A stretch of 64,000 nucleotides of DNA. Source: Nitrosopumilus sp. GTDB taxonomy: Archaea; Thermoproteota; Nitrososphaeria; Nitrososphaerales; Nitrosopumilaceae. The DNA is taken from the NCBI GenBank assembly GCA_965207075.1, contig CBDBLO010000002.1, forward strand, positions 1,952,001 through 2,016,000, given 5' to 3'. A program made the position numbers and the translations under genes. Below, piece after piece: positions 35,489-44,902 of the stretch; the first letter of the stretch is position 1, and every line of letters starts with the position of its first letter. The notes under the pieces are model-generated. The model was not told the origin of the DNA. It saw only the letters and a program-made list of their open reading frames with translations, and ran no database searches.

Positions 35489-38029
35489 TCATGGCGCGCG
35501 CCTCCTGCCATACCCCGCCGGCTTGCCCGACACCGAGCGCATTATCGACTCTGCGACGGTGGGCCCTATCTGCCGTATGGTGGCAAGCCTGGCCGGGGAC
35601 GCGGCCCTGATGTCGGAGATGCTCCGCAGTCCGGCGTCATATATGGCGCGCGCCCTGACCCTGCCCACCCCCCGGATCGACGCCAGCTCCACAAGCTCCT
35701 CCTTGATCCCCGACCTCAGCCTGGTGCGCAGGGTGGCAAGCTCCGCCAGCAGGTCGTCGCGTCCCGCGTCCCGTGCCATCTCGCGCATTACATATGCAAG
35801 CCACGCCGCGCTCTCGGTCATGCGGTGCAGGTCACCGGACTGCGTCTTGTATGCGGTCTCTATCTCCCTGTCCGTGCGCTCGTTCATCCAGTCGTACAGC
35901 ACCAGCAGGCTCCGGGAGCACTCCTCGGCGTATACAGGGGAGAGCAGCTCCGGGCGGTGCGGGCCCGACAGCAGGCTCTCGGCAAAGTGGTAGTGGTTCT
36001 TCAGGAGGTCCTGCCTCGGGTTGAACTCGTCGCAGGATATGACCGCGTGCAGGAACCCGAGCGTGTGCCTCTGCGCGCGCCGGCCGCTGCCGCCGCGCGG
36101 GGCGCCCGCGGCCACATTGCGCAGGTATGATGCCGTTACGGGATCCACGTAGAGTCCGGAGGTCCTCCTCCCCAGGGAGGTGGCCGCGTACCTCCCGCCC
36201 TTTGAGACGATCATGCCGTGCTCGAGCAGGAACTCCACCGCCGTGCCGACCGCGTCCTCCACCTCGCTCCCGGGGTACTGGAGCCCCCCGAGCGTCGCGG
36301 AGAAGAACGACTGCAGGTCGTCCTGGCGGATTCCGGGGTTCAGCACGGCCACGGTCAGGAGGTGCGTGCGCATGGCCTTCTCGGCCACGATGCCGGACTC
36401 CAGTGGCTCGGGCTCGCCGTCCACGTACCGCTCCAAAAGCTCGTACAGCGGGCCCGTCGCGGATATGACTGCCTCGCCGTACTTGTCGTACTGGGGCCTG
36501 CCGGCCCTCCCGCAGAGCTGCTTGTACTCGAGCACGCTGATGGGCCTGTTGTACCCGTACCTCGCGTCGTAGCGGCTGACTGATGCTATGACGACCCGCC
36601 TTGCGGGGAGGTTGACCCCCGCCGCGAGGGTTGGGGTCGACGCAAGCAGCCTTATCGAGCCGCGGCGAAACTCGGACTCGACTATATCACGGAGCCGCTC
36701 TGAGAGGCCCGCGTGGTGGAACGCCACGCCGGTGGAGACGAGGGTGGCCAGGTCCTTTTCGAGCTCCGTGGGGGTGGATGCGGGGGTAGCGGCAGCGGCT
36801 GTAGCGGCTGTAGCGGCTGTAGGAGGTGGAGAGGAAGCAGCAGATTTGGGAGCTGCTGCTGCGGTGGCGGCGCCGTCCCGCCTGCGCCCGCCCTTGGGGG
36901 CCCCTGCGGCATCGGTCCTCATCCTTGCGGGCAGTATCCTTGATGATATCCTTCCAAGCGCCCTTCTCTCGTCATCTGAGAGCATCTTGCCAACCCGCTT
37001 TGACGCCTTTACCGCGGTCGCCCTGGCGCTCGCCCGTGTGGCCGCGAACACCAGGCTCTGGCCGCCCTCTGACACCGCGTGTATGCCCAGCCGCGCCGGC
37101 ATCCCCTCTGTGCCGATCCCGACCTCGAACCTGCGGCCGTCGTTCATCATGACGCTGCCGGCCTCGTCGCAGACGCCCTCCGCAAGCGGGACGGGCCTCC
37201 ACGTGCTGCGGACCAGCGTGCAGCCGAGCCATTTGGCGATCTCCTCGTCGTTGCTGACGGTGGCGCTCAGGCCGACGATCTGCATCTTGGCTGGCGGCGG
37301 TGGCGGCGGTGGCGCGTCCGTACTGCCTTTTGAGGGCGAGGGTCCCTTTTGGCGCCGCTTCTCCTGCTGCTGCTGCTGATGTTGTATCTGCTGCGTCAGT
37401 ATCATCTCCAGCGTAGGGCCCCGCGACTCGTCGCCGATGAGGTGTATCTCGTCGATTATCATCAGGCCTATCTCCTGCGTCCATTCGCGCCCGCGGCGCA
37501 TGGCCGCGTCCATGGCCTCGTTTGTGGCCACCACGATGTCCGCGTCGTCGATCTTCACGGGGCCCCGGGAGGCGGCCGCGGCCCCCCGCTCGCCGGTCAG
37601 GCGGGCAGTCGTGATTGCGGCATCGGCACGCGCGGCCCCGCCCTGCTGCCGCAGCGCTTGGAGCCTCCCCCGCCACCCGGCCCCCGACACCTTCACCCCG
37701 GAGAGGGCCGCGAACTCGTCGTACTTTTCTGCCGCGAGCGCCCGGAGCGGGCTCAGGTACACCACGCGCCCGCCACCGCGCGCCAGGTGAGACAGGATGG
37801 CTAGAGTCGCGACCAGCGTCTTTCCGCTTGCGGTGGGCGCCGAGACGAGCAGGCTCTTACCGTCAAGCAACCCAGATTCGACGGCCGCGGCCTGCGGCGG
37901 GTACAGGTCTACAAACCCGCGCGACCCGAGGAATTTTCTGGCGCTGGCCGGTATCGCGCCAAGCCCGGATACGCGAAAATCTCCTCCGGGCTCCCCTCCC
38001 GTCTTCTTCTTCTTCTTCTCCTTCGTCAT
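35489..38029 (-). CDS. hel308: Hel308/Hjm Ski2-like DNA helicase
   Basis: LYPPQ, APTASGKT, PLRALA.EK, DEIH, RGPTLE, LSAT, FHHAGL, TPTLAAGVNLPA, GRAGRPQYD, C-terminal HhH. Confidence 0.93.
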   Translation of the reverse strand: MTKEKKKKKTGGEPGGDFRVSGLGAIPASARKFLGSRGFVDLYPPQAAAVESGLLDGKSLLVSAPTASGKTLVATLAILSHLARGGGRVVYLSPLRALAAEKYDEFAALSGVKVSGAGWRGRLQALRQQGGAARADAAITTARLTGERGAAAASRGPVKIDDADIVVATNEAMDAAMRRGREWTQEIGLMIIDEIHLIGDESRGPTLEMILTQQIQHQQQQQEKRRQKGPSPSKGSTDAPPPPPPPAKMQIVGLSATVSNDEEIAKWLGCTLVRSTWRPVPLAEGVCDEAGSVMMNDGRRFEVGIGTEGMPARLGIHAVSEGGQSLVFAATRASARATAVKASKRVGKMLSDDERRALGRISSRILPARMRTDAAGAPKGGRRRDGAATAAAAPKSAASSPPPTAATAATAAAATPASTPTELEKDLATLVSTGVAFHHAGLSERLRDIVESEFRRGSIRLLASTPTLAAGVNLPARRVVIASVSRYDARYGYNRPISVLEYKQLCGRAGRPQYDKYGEAVISATGPLYELLERYVDGEPEPLESGIVAEKAMRTHLLTVAVLNPGIRQDDLQSFFSATLGGLQYPGSEVEDAVGTAVEFLLEHGMIVSKGGRYAATSLGRRTSGLYVDPVTASYLRNVAAGAPRGGSGRRAQRHTLGFLHAVISCDEFNPRQDLLKNHYHFAESLLSGPHRPELLSPVYAEECSRSLLVLYDWMNERTDREIETAYKTQSGDLHRMTESAAWLAYVMREMARDAGRDDLLAELATLRTRLRSGIKEELVELASIRGVGRVRARAIYDAGLRSISDIRAASPARLATIRQIGPTVAESIMRSVSGKPAGYGRRRAP

Positions 38030-40155
38030 GCCTTGCTGTAAAAGCCGGGATGCCGCTCATAAATAATTCCATCACGCTTTAGCTTTTCAATAAAGTTGCG
38101 CGCGTCGTCGGCCGTGAACTTTTCGGTGTTCTCCAGCTCGGCGACCAGCGCCTTTTCCTCCACCGGCTCCTTCTGCTCGCCGGAGAGGCGCCCCAGCACG
38201 TCCATGAAGAGCTGCATCTTTGTGACCTCGCTGCGGGGCCTGCCCCTCAGCACCCCGACGTCGATCTCCCCCGTGTTGACGTCCACGCCGGCGTCCTGGA
38301 GCATCTGCTCCAGCAGGTATATGGCCCTCTCCGCGTCCTCCTTCTCTATCATGTCCTTCATCAGGAGCCGGGCGCGCGCAGTCGATATGCGTATGAGTCC
38401 CTCAAGCTGCCTTGCGGTTACGGGCGTCATGTCTTCCGACTGGGCCATCTTGCGCATCTTGATGTAATAGTCCACAATCAGCTGCTCTGCCTCCTTTGTC
38501 ATCTTGGGGGTGAAGCGCTTTGCGTACGCCAGGTACTTTGTAAGCAGGTCCGCGTCGACCAGGTTGGCCGTGTCGGCCCCCTGCAAAGAGTGCAGCTTTA
38601 TGACGTGCTGCGCGATCTCCGTGTCCATCTCGACTGACGGCTGGTCCCTGACCACGAATATCAGGTCGAATCTGGAGAGCAGCGGGATCGGCAGGTTGAT
38701 GTTCTCAGTTATGTTGCGGAACGGGTCGTACTTGCCGTACAGCGGGTTTGCGGCAGCCAGTATCGACGTCCTCGCGTTCAGGGTGGCCACGATCCCGCCC
38801 TTTGCGATGCTTGCCGACTGCTGCTCCATCACCTCGTGTAGCGCGCTCCTGTCCTCCGCGCTCATCTTGTCAAACTCGTCTATTGCGACCATCCCCTGGT
38901 CGCCCAGCACGACGGCGCCCGCCTCGAGCATCATGATGCCGGTCTTGTCCCTGACCACCGAGGCGGTGAGCCCCGCGGCAGTCGAGCCGCGTCCGGACGT
39001 GTACAGCCCCCGCGGGGCCGTCCTGGAGCAGAACTTTAGCATCTCGGACTTTGCCGTCCCGGGGTCGCCGACCAGAAACACGTTGATGTCGCCCCGTATC
39101 TTGCTGCCGTCTGCGCGCTCCCGCTGCACGGACCCGACCATCAGCAGCAGGATGGCCTCCTTGATCAGGTGCTGCCCCTTGATGTGGGGGGCAAACGACT
39201 CGATCAGCCTGCCGTATATGTCCGGGTCCTGCTTTAGCGCCAGTATGGCCCTCTCGTCCTCCGGCGATATCGACTCGCGCTCTATCTTCCGCGACGACTT
39301 TGAGCGGCCGCCGAGGAACTCTATGTTGTTGCCCTCCAGGCGCAGCCTGTACAGGCTGCTGCGCGTCCTCGCGATGCCGGCGACGGACTCCTGCTCGACG
39401 CGCACGAGACCCGTCAGCGCGACGCGGTCGCCGGGCCTGGCGTTGTCGACCAGGTCCTGCTTTACCATGATGTCGATGTAGTCGGGCAGCTGGCCCGGCG
39501 GCAGGTCCTCGGGCAGCTCCTGCAGCCTCAGGATCTGGAAGTCGATGAACTTTGAGGACTCTGGCTTTAGCTCAAAGTCGCGCAGCTTGCAGTCCGGGTT
39601 GTCGCATACCGCGGGCGGCTTTGTGTCCATGCCCTTTATCTGCACGATCTTGGTGTAGTGGCCGTCCCCGCACGCGTACACCAGCTCCTTTGCAAGCGGG
39701 TTGACCTCAGACGCCCTGACCACCATGCCCGACACGCTGGTCATCGTGCCGATGGTGTCGGCGTTTATCTTGCGGAGGCTGCGCATCAGCGGGTAGTTGC
39801 TTATGCGCGCCCTGATCTCCTCGCCCACCTGCTCCGCGTAGTCGTAAAAGCGGACCTGGAGTATCTCCCATATGGCCCTCGAGAACGCGGCGAGTATGAG
39901 GTCTGGGCTGTGCACGAACATGTCTGCAACCTCGCGCTCGTCGATGAGGTCGTTGTAGTCCACCACGATGTGCCGCGTCTCCCTGGGCATCATCTCGTCT
40001 ATCATCTTCACGTACTTGCGCTCGCCGTTTTGGTCCTGGAAGCCGGTCAGAAACTGCCTTGCCTTGTCTGACAGCGCCGAGCTCGTGTAGTCGGGGCCCG
40101 AACCGTCGTCGGTCCCTTCCGCGGGATCCATCTGGGCCGAGTCCTGCCCGCTCAC
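38026..40155 (-). CDS. mcm: Minichromosome maintenance helicase
   Basis: LQELPE..PPGQLP, GDPGTAKS, GLTA.V......LEAGA.VL.D.G...IDEFDKM, MEQQ..SIAKGG, SRFD. No intein. Confidence 0.97.
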   Translation of the reverse strand: MSGQDSAQMDPAEGTDDGSGPDYTSSALSDKARQFLTGFQDQNGERKYVKMIDEMMPRETRHIVVDYNDLIDEREVADMFVHSPDLILAAFSRAIWEILQVRFYDYAEQVGEEIRARISNYPLMRSLRKINADTIGTMTSVSGMVVRASEVNPLAKELVYACGDGHYTKIVQIKGMDTKPPAVCDNPDCKLRDFELKPESSKFIDFQILRLQELPEDLPPGQLPDYIDIMVKQDLVDNARPGDRVALTGLVRVEQESVAGIARTRSSLYRLRLEGNNIEFLGGRSKSSRKIERESISPEDERAILALKQDPDIYGRLIESFAPHIKGQHLIKEAILLLMVGSVQRERADGSKIRGDINVFLVGDPGTAKSEMLKFCSRTAPRGLYTSGRGSTAAGLTASVVRDKTGIMMLEAGAVVLGDQGMVAIDEFDKMSAEDRSALHEVMEQQSASIAKGGIVATLNARTSILAAANPLYGKYDPFRNITENINLPIPLLSRFDLIFVVRDQPSVEMDTEIAQHVIKLHSLQGADTANLVDADLLTKYLAYAKRFTPKMTKEAEQLIVDYYIKMRKMAQSEDMTPVTARQLEGLIRISTARARLLMKDMIEKEDAERAIYLLEQMLQDAGVDVNTGEIDVGVLRGRPRSEVTKMQLFMDVLGRLSGEQKEPVEEKALVAELENTEKFTADDARNFIEKLKRDGIIYERHPGFYSKA

Positions 40156-40799
40156 TGCCGCTGCTCACCCCCCGCCGCCGCCGATGCCGCTGCCGATGCC
40201 GCCGCCGTACTGCCGCCGGGCGTCCGGCCCGGTTCGGGCTCCTCGTGCACGATCTCCATGTCGCCCATGCCGTCAGACGAGACGGCCGTTATCTGCGCCT
40301 CGAACTCGGCGCACTCGCGGTGCACCACGGTATAGAACGCCTGCTCCTCGACGGTCAGCTTTGACTTCATGTCCGCGCTCAGCTTCATGGAGCTTGCCTT
40401 TGAGACGATCTTGGCGTTGCGCATGCGGAACAGCTCCAAAAGCATGTCGTACACCCTGTCATAGTCGCGCCCCTCAAGGTGCCTCATGGCCGCCTTTAGC
40501 TTTACGTAGAACAGCGGCTCGAGCGCCTGGAACGCGCGGGAGCCGGCAATCCTCTCCTTTGCAAGCGCCTGCTTGAGCGCCGCTATCATGTCAGGCAGCC
40601 TCATGCTCCCCATGTTGTTCTTCTCAAGCACCAGCCCGGCCCAGTAGGGCACCCTGGTCGTCTCGCCGCGGCGCGCGGCGACGTCTATTCCCCCGACCCT
40701 CACCTTGAAGTCGCTGCCGGCCTCAAACTCGACCTCCTCAAGCCCGTACTCGACTGCGTGTATCTGGCCAACCTTATCGACGCTCATTTGTCCCACCAT
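40152..40799 (-). CDS. gins: DNA replication GINS subunit (Gins23/Psf2-like)
   Basis: Immediately upstream of mcm with a stop/start overlap; motifs VP.W.G..L, L...FY, R..KI, LT.EE..FY. Confidence 0.8.
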   Translation of the reverse strand: MVGQMSVDKVGQIHAVEYGLEEVEFEAGSDFKVRVGGIDVAARRGETTRVPYWAGLVLEKNNMGSMRLPDMIAALKQALAKERIAGSRAFQALEPLFYVKLKAAMRHLEGRDYDRVYDMLLELFRMRNAKIVSKASSMKLSADMKSKLTVEEQAFYTVVHRECAEFEAQITAVSSDGMGDMEIVHEEPEPGRTPGGSTAAASAAASAAAGGEQRQ

Positions 40800-40937
40800 T
40801 ACAAAGTCTGTATTTATCCATCATGTGCGGTAACGGCCGCGCGGCCCCATATAAATACCGTACTTTACCGTTGCATGGCCGGCCCCGGCGGCGGGAACCG
40901 ATCCTGAGTTTATTAATGGGATCGCCGCACGCGCGGC

Positions 40938-41912
40938 ATGTCACTGGGCGAGGCTGCCGCGGGCATGTGGGTCGAAAAGTACAGGCCCGCAAGGCTCGCA
41001 GACGTGGTGAACCAGTCGGAGATAATCAAGAGCCTGGAGGCCCTGCTCAAGAACCCCGAAGAGATGCCGCACCTGCTCTTCTCGGGTTCTGCCGGCGTGG
41101 GCAAGACGACCACCGCGCTGTGCATAGCAAGGCAGGTGCTGGGCAAGCACTACAGGGACCACACGCTGGAGCTGAACGCGTCAGACGAGCGCGGCATCGG
41201 GATGGTCAGGGACAAGATAAAGCGCTACTCCCGGTTTGCGGGCATAAGCGAGGTGCCCTTCAAGGTGGTGATACTCGACGAGGCCGACGAGATGACGGCC
41301 GACGCGCAGACCGCGCTGCGCCGCATCATAGAGGACGCGTCGCGCACGTGCAGGTTCATCATGATTGCAAACAACATATCGAAGATAATCGAGCCCATAC
41401 AGAGCAGGTTTGCGACCTTCAAGTTTATGGCAGTCTCCAAGGAGGATATAGTCTCGAGGCTGGCGCATATAGCCAAGAGGGAGGGCGTGAGCGCCAAGAA
41501 GGACGGGCTGGAGGCCGTATACGGATACGCGGGGGGCGACATGAGGCACGCCATCAACATCATGCAGGCCGCAGCCGGCATGGACCGGTCGGTCACGCCA
41601 GAGGGCGTGGAGGCGGCGGCCGGGCTCTCAAAGGTATCGGACGTGGACAAGGTGCTCGCGTCGGCCATTGCGGGAGACGTCGCAGGGGCGCGCGAGAGGA
41701 TGATAGAGCTGACCCGCGTGTACGGCATGTCGGAGTCGGACTTTGTAAAGTACGCGAGCGCCGCCGTGACAAGGTCGGCCGGCGCCGAGAGCCTCGGCGC
41801 CATGCTGAGGGTGGTGGCCGAGTACGACTACCGCATACTGTCGGGCGCAAACCCGGAGGTGCAGCTTGCCGCCATGCTCGCGGAGCTTGCGGCGCTCGGG
41901 GCCGGCAAGTAG
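40938..41912 (+). CDS. rfcS: Replication factor C small subunit
   Basis: WVEKYRP, PHLLFSG..G.GKTT, ELNASDERGI, ILDEAD.MT..AQ.ALRR. Confidence 0.96.
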   Translation: MSLGEAAAGMWVEKYRPARLADVVNQSEIIKSLEALLKNPEEMPHLLFSGSAGVGKTTTALCIARQVLGKHYRDHTLELNASDERGIGMVRDKIKRYSRFAGISEVPFKVVILDEADEMTADAQTALRRIIEDASRTCRFIMIANNISKIIEPIQSRFATFKFMAVSKEDIVSRLAHIAKREGVSAKKDGLEAVYGYAGGDMRHAINIMQAAAGMDRSVTPEGVEAAAGLSKVSDVDKVLASAIAGDVAGARERMIELTRVYGMSESDFVKYASAAVTRSAGAESLGAMLRVVAEYDYRILSGANPEVQLAAMLAELAALGAGK

Positions 41913-42019
41913 CTGCCGCGCGGCATCGGTACTGCACGGTGCGCAGGCCATTGGAGATGCCGTCACCATGAGCATATCATAAACATGAACGCCAGGGCCG
42001 CACAGCGGCAGCAAGCAGC

Positions 42020-42042
42020 AGCGCAGGGAGGGGAATTTTAAG
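42020..42042. repeat. Degenerate att-like copy of the tRNA-Ser 3' end
   Basis: agcgcagggaggggaattttaag; 20/23 identical to 44773-44795. Confidence 0.6.
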
Positions 42043-42343
42043 CATGCATGCAGGAAAACCGTCCATTCCGTTCACCTTGCATAATGGATCCAATGCGCGG
42101 TGGCGCCAGCCACGCGGATCGCATTTCTGCTCCGGTATCCCCACCAAAAGGGCTACGGCGCAGGAACCTCGTCTCCTAATTCGCCCCGCGACACCTGCCG
42201 GGCCCCTGTCGGACAACGAGTGACGTGCCTACAGGAGCAATCAGGAACGGGGTTGGAAGCCGACATGTTACGGCTTGTGCTACGGTACGTTTGGGGCGGC
42301 ACACGGGCAGCGGCGCTCGCCAGTACTAGTGCCCCGGGCACGT

Positions 42344-42913
42344 TCAGGAAGTCGGCATGTTACGCTTCCGTCCGGTTGTGGGAAGCACCGCCCCGATATT
42401 GTACGAGCCGTCTTCCTCCCACGGGTGGATCATGAGGCCGTACGTGCCCCCCTTGGCAATGGCGTCTGCAACCGACACGCCTGACACCGCCCGGTACTCG
42501 GCTCCTCCTGCCTCGGAGCGAAGCAGAAACCTGCCGCTTTCACGATCCGCATCCAGCACCCTAAAGGTATCGACGAGGATCCTGTCCGCGCGCCGTATCC
42601 TTGACGCGATGTCCGGATCACGGACGCGCTTTTTGGCATAATCGTCAACCAGGCGCGTCTTGGTTCCGGGCAAGATCGCCGCATACGTACCCCATACGTG
42701 CGACACGAAATAATCCAGATCCTCGCTATCAAACTCGTACGGGCACTCTATCGCATACGTGTCGATCAGTTCGTGGTGGTGCTCCATCAGGTAAGTCGAC
42801 ATGCGGTGGATCACGTCGTCGTCCCTTCTTGGGCGAACCATACGGCCGTCACGGAATCTCGTGGCATATGTGTTGCGCGGGCCTGCCCATGGCGGTCGTG
42901 CGGCATACCTCAC
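42344..42913 (-). CDS. Hypothetical protein (island cargo)
   Basis: 189-aa ORF with globular composition (...TRLVDDYA...TFRVLDAD...FLLRS...EYRA...YGLMIHPW). Start uncertain. Confidence 0.55.
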   Translation of the reverse strand: MRYAARPPWAGPRNTYATRFRDGRMVRPRRDDDVIHRMSTYLMEHHHELIDTYAIECPYEFDSEDLDYFVSHVWGTYAAILPGTKTRLVDDYAKKRVRDPDIASRIRRADRILVDTFRVLDADRESGRFLLRSEAGGAEYRAVSGVSVADAIAKGGTYGLMIHPWEEDGSYNIGAVLPTTGRKRNMPTS

Positions 42914-43416
42914 CCACCTTAACGCCCCGCCGGAGTGGTTGCGGCCGCATTGTCGGTTTCGCGTCGGTTCCGTGTTGACATGGGCGAGCTTACACGGGCC
43001 GAGAACCGTCGTCCCCCGTCAGATCTGCCATGCGTGGCAGGCATGGCGAACAAGTAGTATTTTGAAGCATCTGGAAGGCATTGCTTCAAGGCCGTTCTGC
43101 CCACCCTCCCCCCTTCCCTCCCCCTCCCCCCGCCGCCGCACAGGCAGGACGCCGCGATTGGCCGGATTGCCGAGATTCGGAGCTGTAGCTACACCAGCAT
43201 CAGCCCGAGCCAGTACGCCAGCGGGACAGACGCGGAAAAGAGCGCAAATTTTGCCCGGGTAGACCTCGTCTCGAGGGGCTTCCACTGGCCGGGCCCACGT
43301 AATCGAACCGTCTGAAGACGCACGGCATGTTCCCCCCCCCCCCCCGGCCCAGATGCCCAAAGAACCTGCCCAGATCACTGGAGAACCGTGTCACTGCGGC
43401 TTCCAGAGCGGCGGCC

Positions 43417-43829
43417 TCAGCTCGTCCTGAAGGATTGGGCCCGTCTTGCAAGAGCCGCGGCGATCTCATAGTCGTCGTATGCGTATCCGAATATGCCCGA
43501 GTGGGACGCGTCTCCAGGCCTTGGCATGTGCCTGATCCGTATCCGCTTGTTGGCAGCGTCAAGCGCAGCGGACACGGCCGTACCTACGCCAATTACTGCC
43601 ATCCTTCCGCCGGGCTTGACTTCGTAGTCCTTGCCGCGCAGTAGTCTGCAAACCATGCCGGCCGCCTCCGCCACGTCCCATGCTCCGAGATATTCGGCCC
43701 AGTTGACCGACAAGTGATCTTCGTTCCTGCGAATTCGAAAAGCTCCGGCCATTAGTTCCCGTCAACGACGGAAGACGGCTTGCAATACCAGTATGCGTGA
43801 GCTCCCGTCGGAATACCCTTGTCGGTCAT
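43417..43829 (-). pseudogene. Putative toxin-like gene, probably frameshifted near 43758
   Basis: ATG at 43829 overlaps the upstream stop (ATGA). MTDKGIPTGAHAYWYCKPSSVVDG joins (E)LMAGAFRIRRNEDHLSVNWAEY...SHSGIFG if one G is added to the GGG run. Confidence 0.55.
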
Positions 43830-44260
43830 GCGGAGATCAACTTGTCAACGAACGGCCGAATCGCGTTCATCATGTCATCAGGTGGTAGCAGGCCGCCAAG
43901 GCTGCGCTGCCGGGGCGCGGACTCGTATGTGGCAAGAATGACTGCAAACCCGACGTCACCGACGGGCAAAAAGTACATCGACAGCATGTCCCCGCCGGAC
44001 GTATCCCAGGCAATCTCCATAAAGCCCTCGTGGGTGAGGCCTATGCGCGGGCATGGCAGGTGACGCCGCGTTATGATAAAAGCGGCAAACCTTTGCAGCG
44101 ACTCCAAGTCGACGGTCGGCTCGTCGGGATCGTCGGCGGCCAGTCCGTCAAGGTGCGTGATGCTCTTTGCTATACGCGGATCCATGTTGTCTTGCTCCAT
44201 CACGGCGACAACGTCCTTGCAGCTCTTGGTTAACGCGATCTGCCCATCCTGTGAAACCAC
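43826..44260 (-). CDS. Hypothetical protein, putative antitoxin/immunity partner
   Basis: Acidic 144-aa ORF (P.PRIGLTHEG..EIAW....LSMYFLP.G.V.FAV) translationally coupled to the downstream gene. Confidence 0.6.
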   Translation of the reverse strand: MVSQDGQIALTKSCKDVVAVMEQDNMDPRIAKSITHLDGLAADDPDEPTVDLESLQRFAAFIITRRHLPCPRIGLTHEGFMEIAWDTSGGDMLSMYFLPVGDVGFAVILATYESAPRQRSLGGLLPPDDMMNAIRPFVDKLISA

Positions 44261-44772
44261 GCGCTCATGGTGGTACTGCGTGTCCGCAGCATATTACGTT
44301 TATCCGGCCGCGACTGTATGCTTTCACGCCACTGCAGATTCATGCCCGAGTGAGTCTCACACAGTGCAAATTTAGGCACAAAAAAACGGAGGCGAGGATA
44401 TGTCGTAATCACTCCACGCCCCCGTATAAAAAGGGGGTTTAGTCCCTAGCCTTCATCGCCAGGTTCTTCACGACTGTGCCAGCACTCGTCGTTATTTGGA
44501 CTACGCTGGTTTGCGTGCTTGTCTAAATCGGATTGCCTGTTCATTTGCATTTCACCCCCCGTCTCCCAACGTTTTTTTCAGAAAAAACCGCAAGACTTGT
44601 TGGCAATGACGCGGACTCAAGTTTTTGTATATTCTTGGCCCGGTAGGCCTGAGAATGGTCGGACGTTAGGCCGGTAGCGGTAGCAACGGCTGCAACGGCG
44701 GCCGCAGCAACACCGTAACAGGCCGCTGCGGCGACGGCCGCGGTGACCGCATCTGCCACAAAACAAAGCAAC

Positions 44773-44791
44773 AGCGCAGAGAGAGGGATTT
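44773..44791. repeat. att site: exact 19-bp direct repeat of the tRNA-Ser 3' end
   Basis: agcgcagagagagggattt, identical to 53928-53946. Confidence 0.85.
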
Positions 44792-44902
44792 TAAGTGCGT
44801 ATATAGAAAGGGCGTCTATTCCTTGTCGGATTACAGATCACACGGCCGCCGGTCGACACGGGCTCCCGCGAGGCGGCCGGCGTCCGGGCCGAGTGTTTCT
44901 GC

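Noticed and set aside
38026-41912. Inteins in MCM or RFC
   Set aside because: Protein lengths and motif continuity are normal, and there are no intein splice motifs.
43259-43400. gtagacctcg... as an IS66-like end plus a C-rich tract
   Set aside because: Only weak resemblance to the 32772 TIR, with no partner repeat or TSD found.
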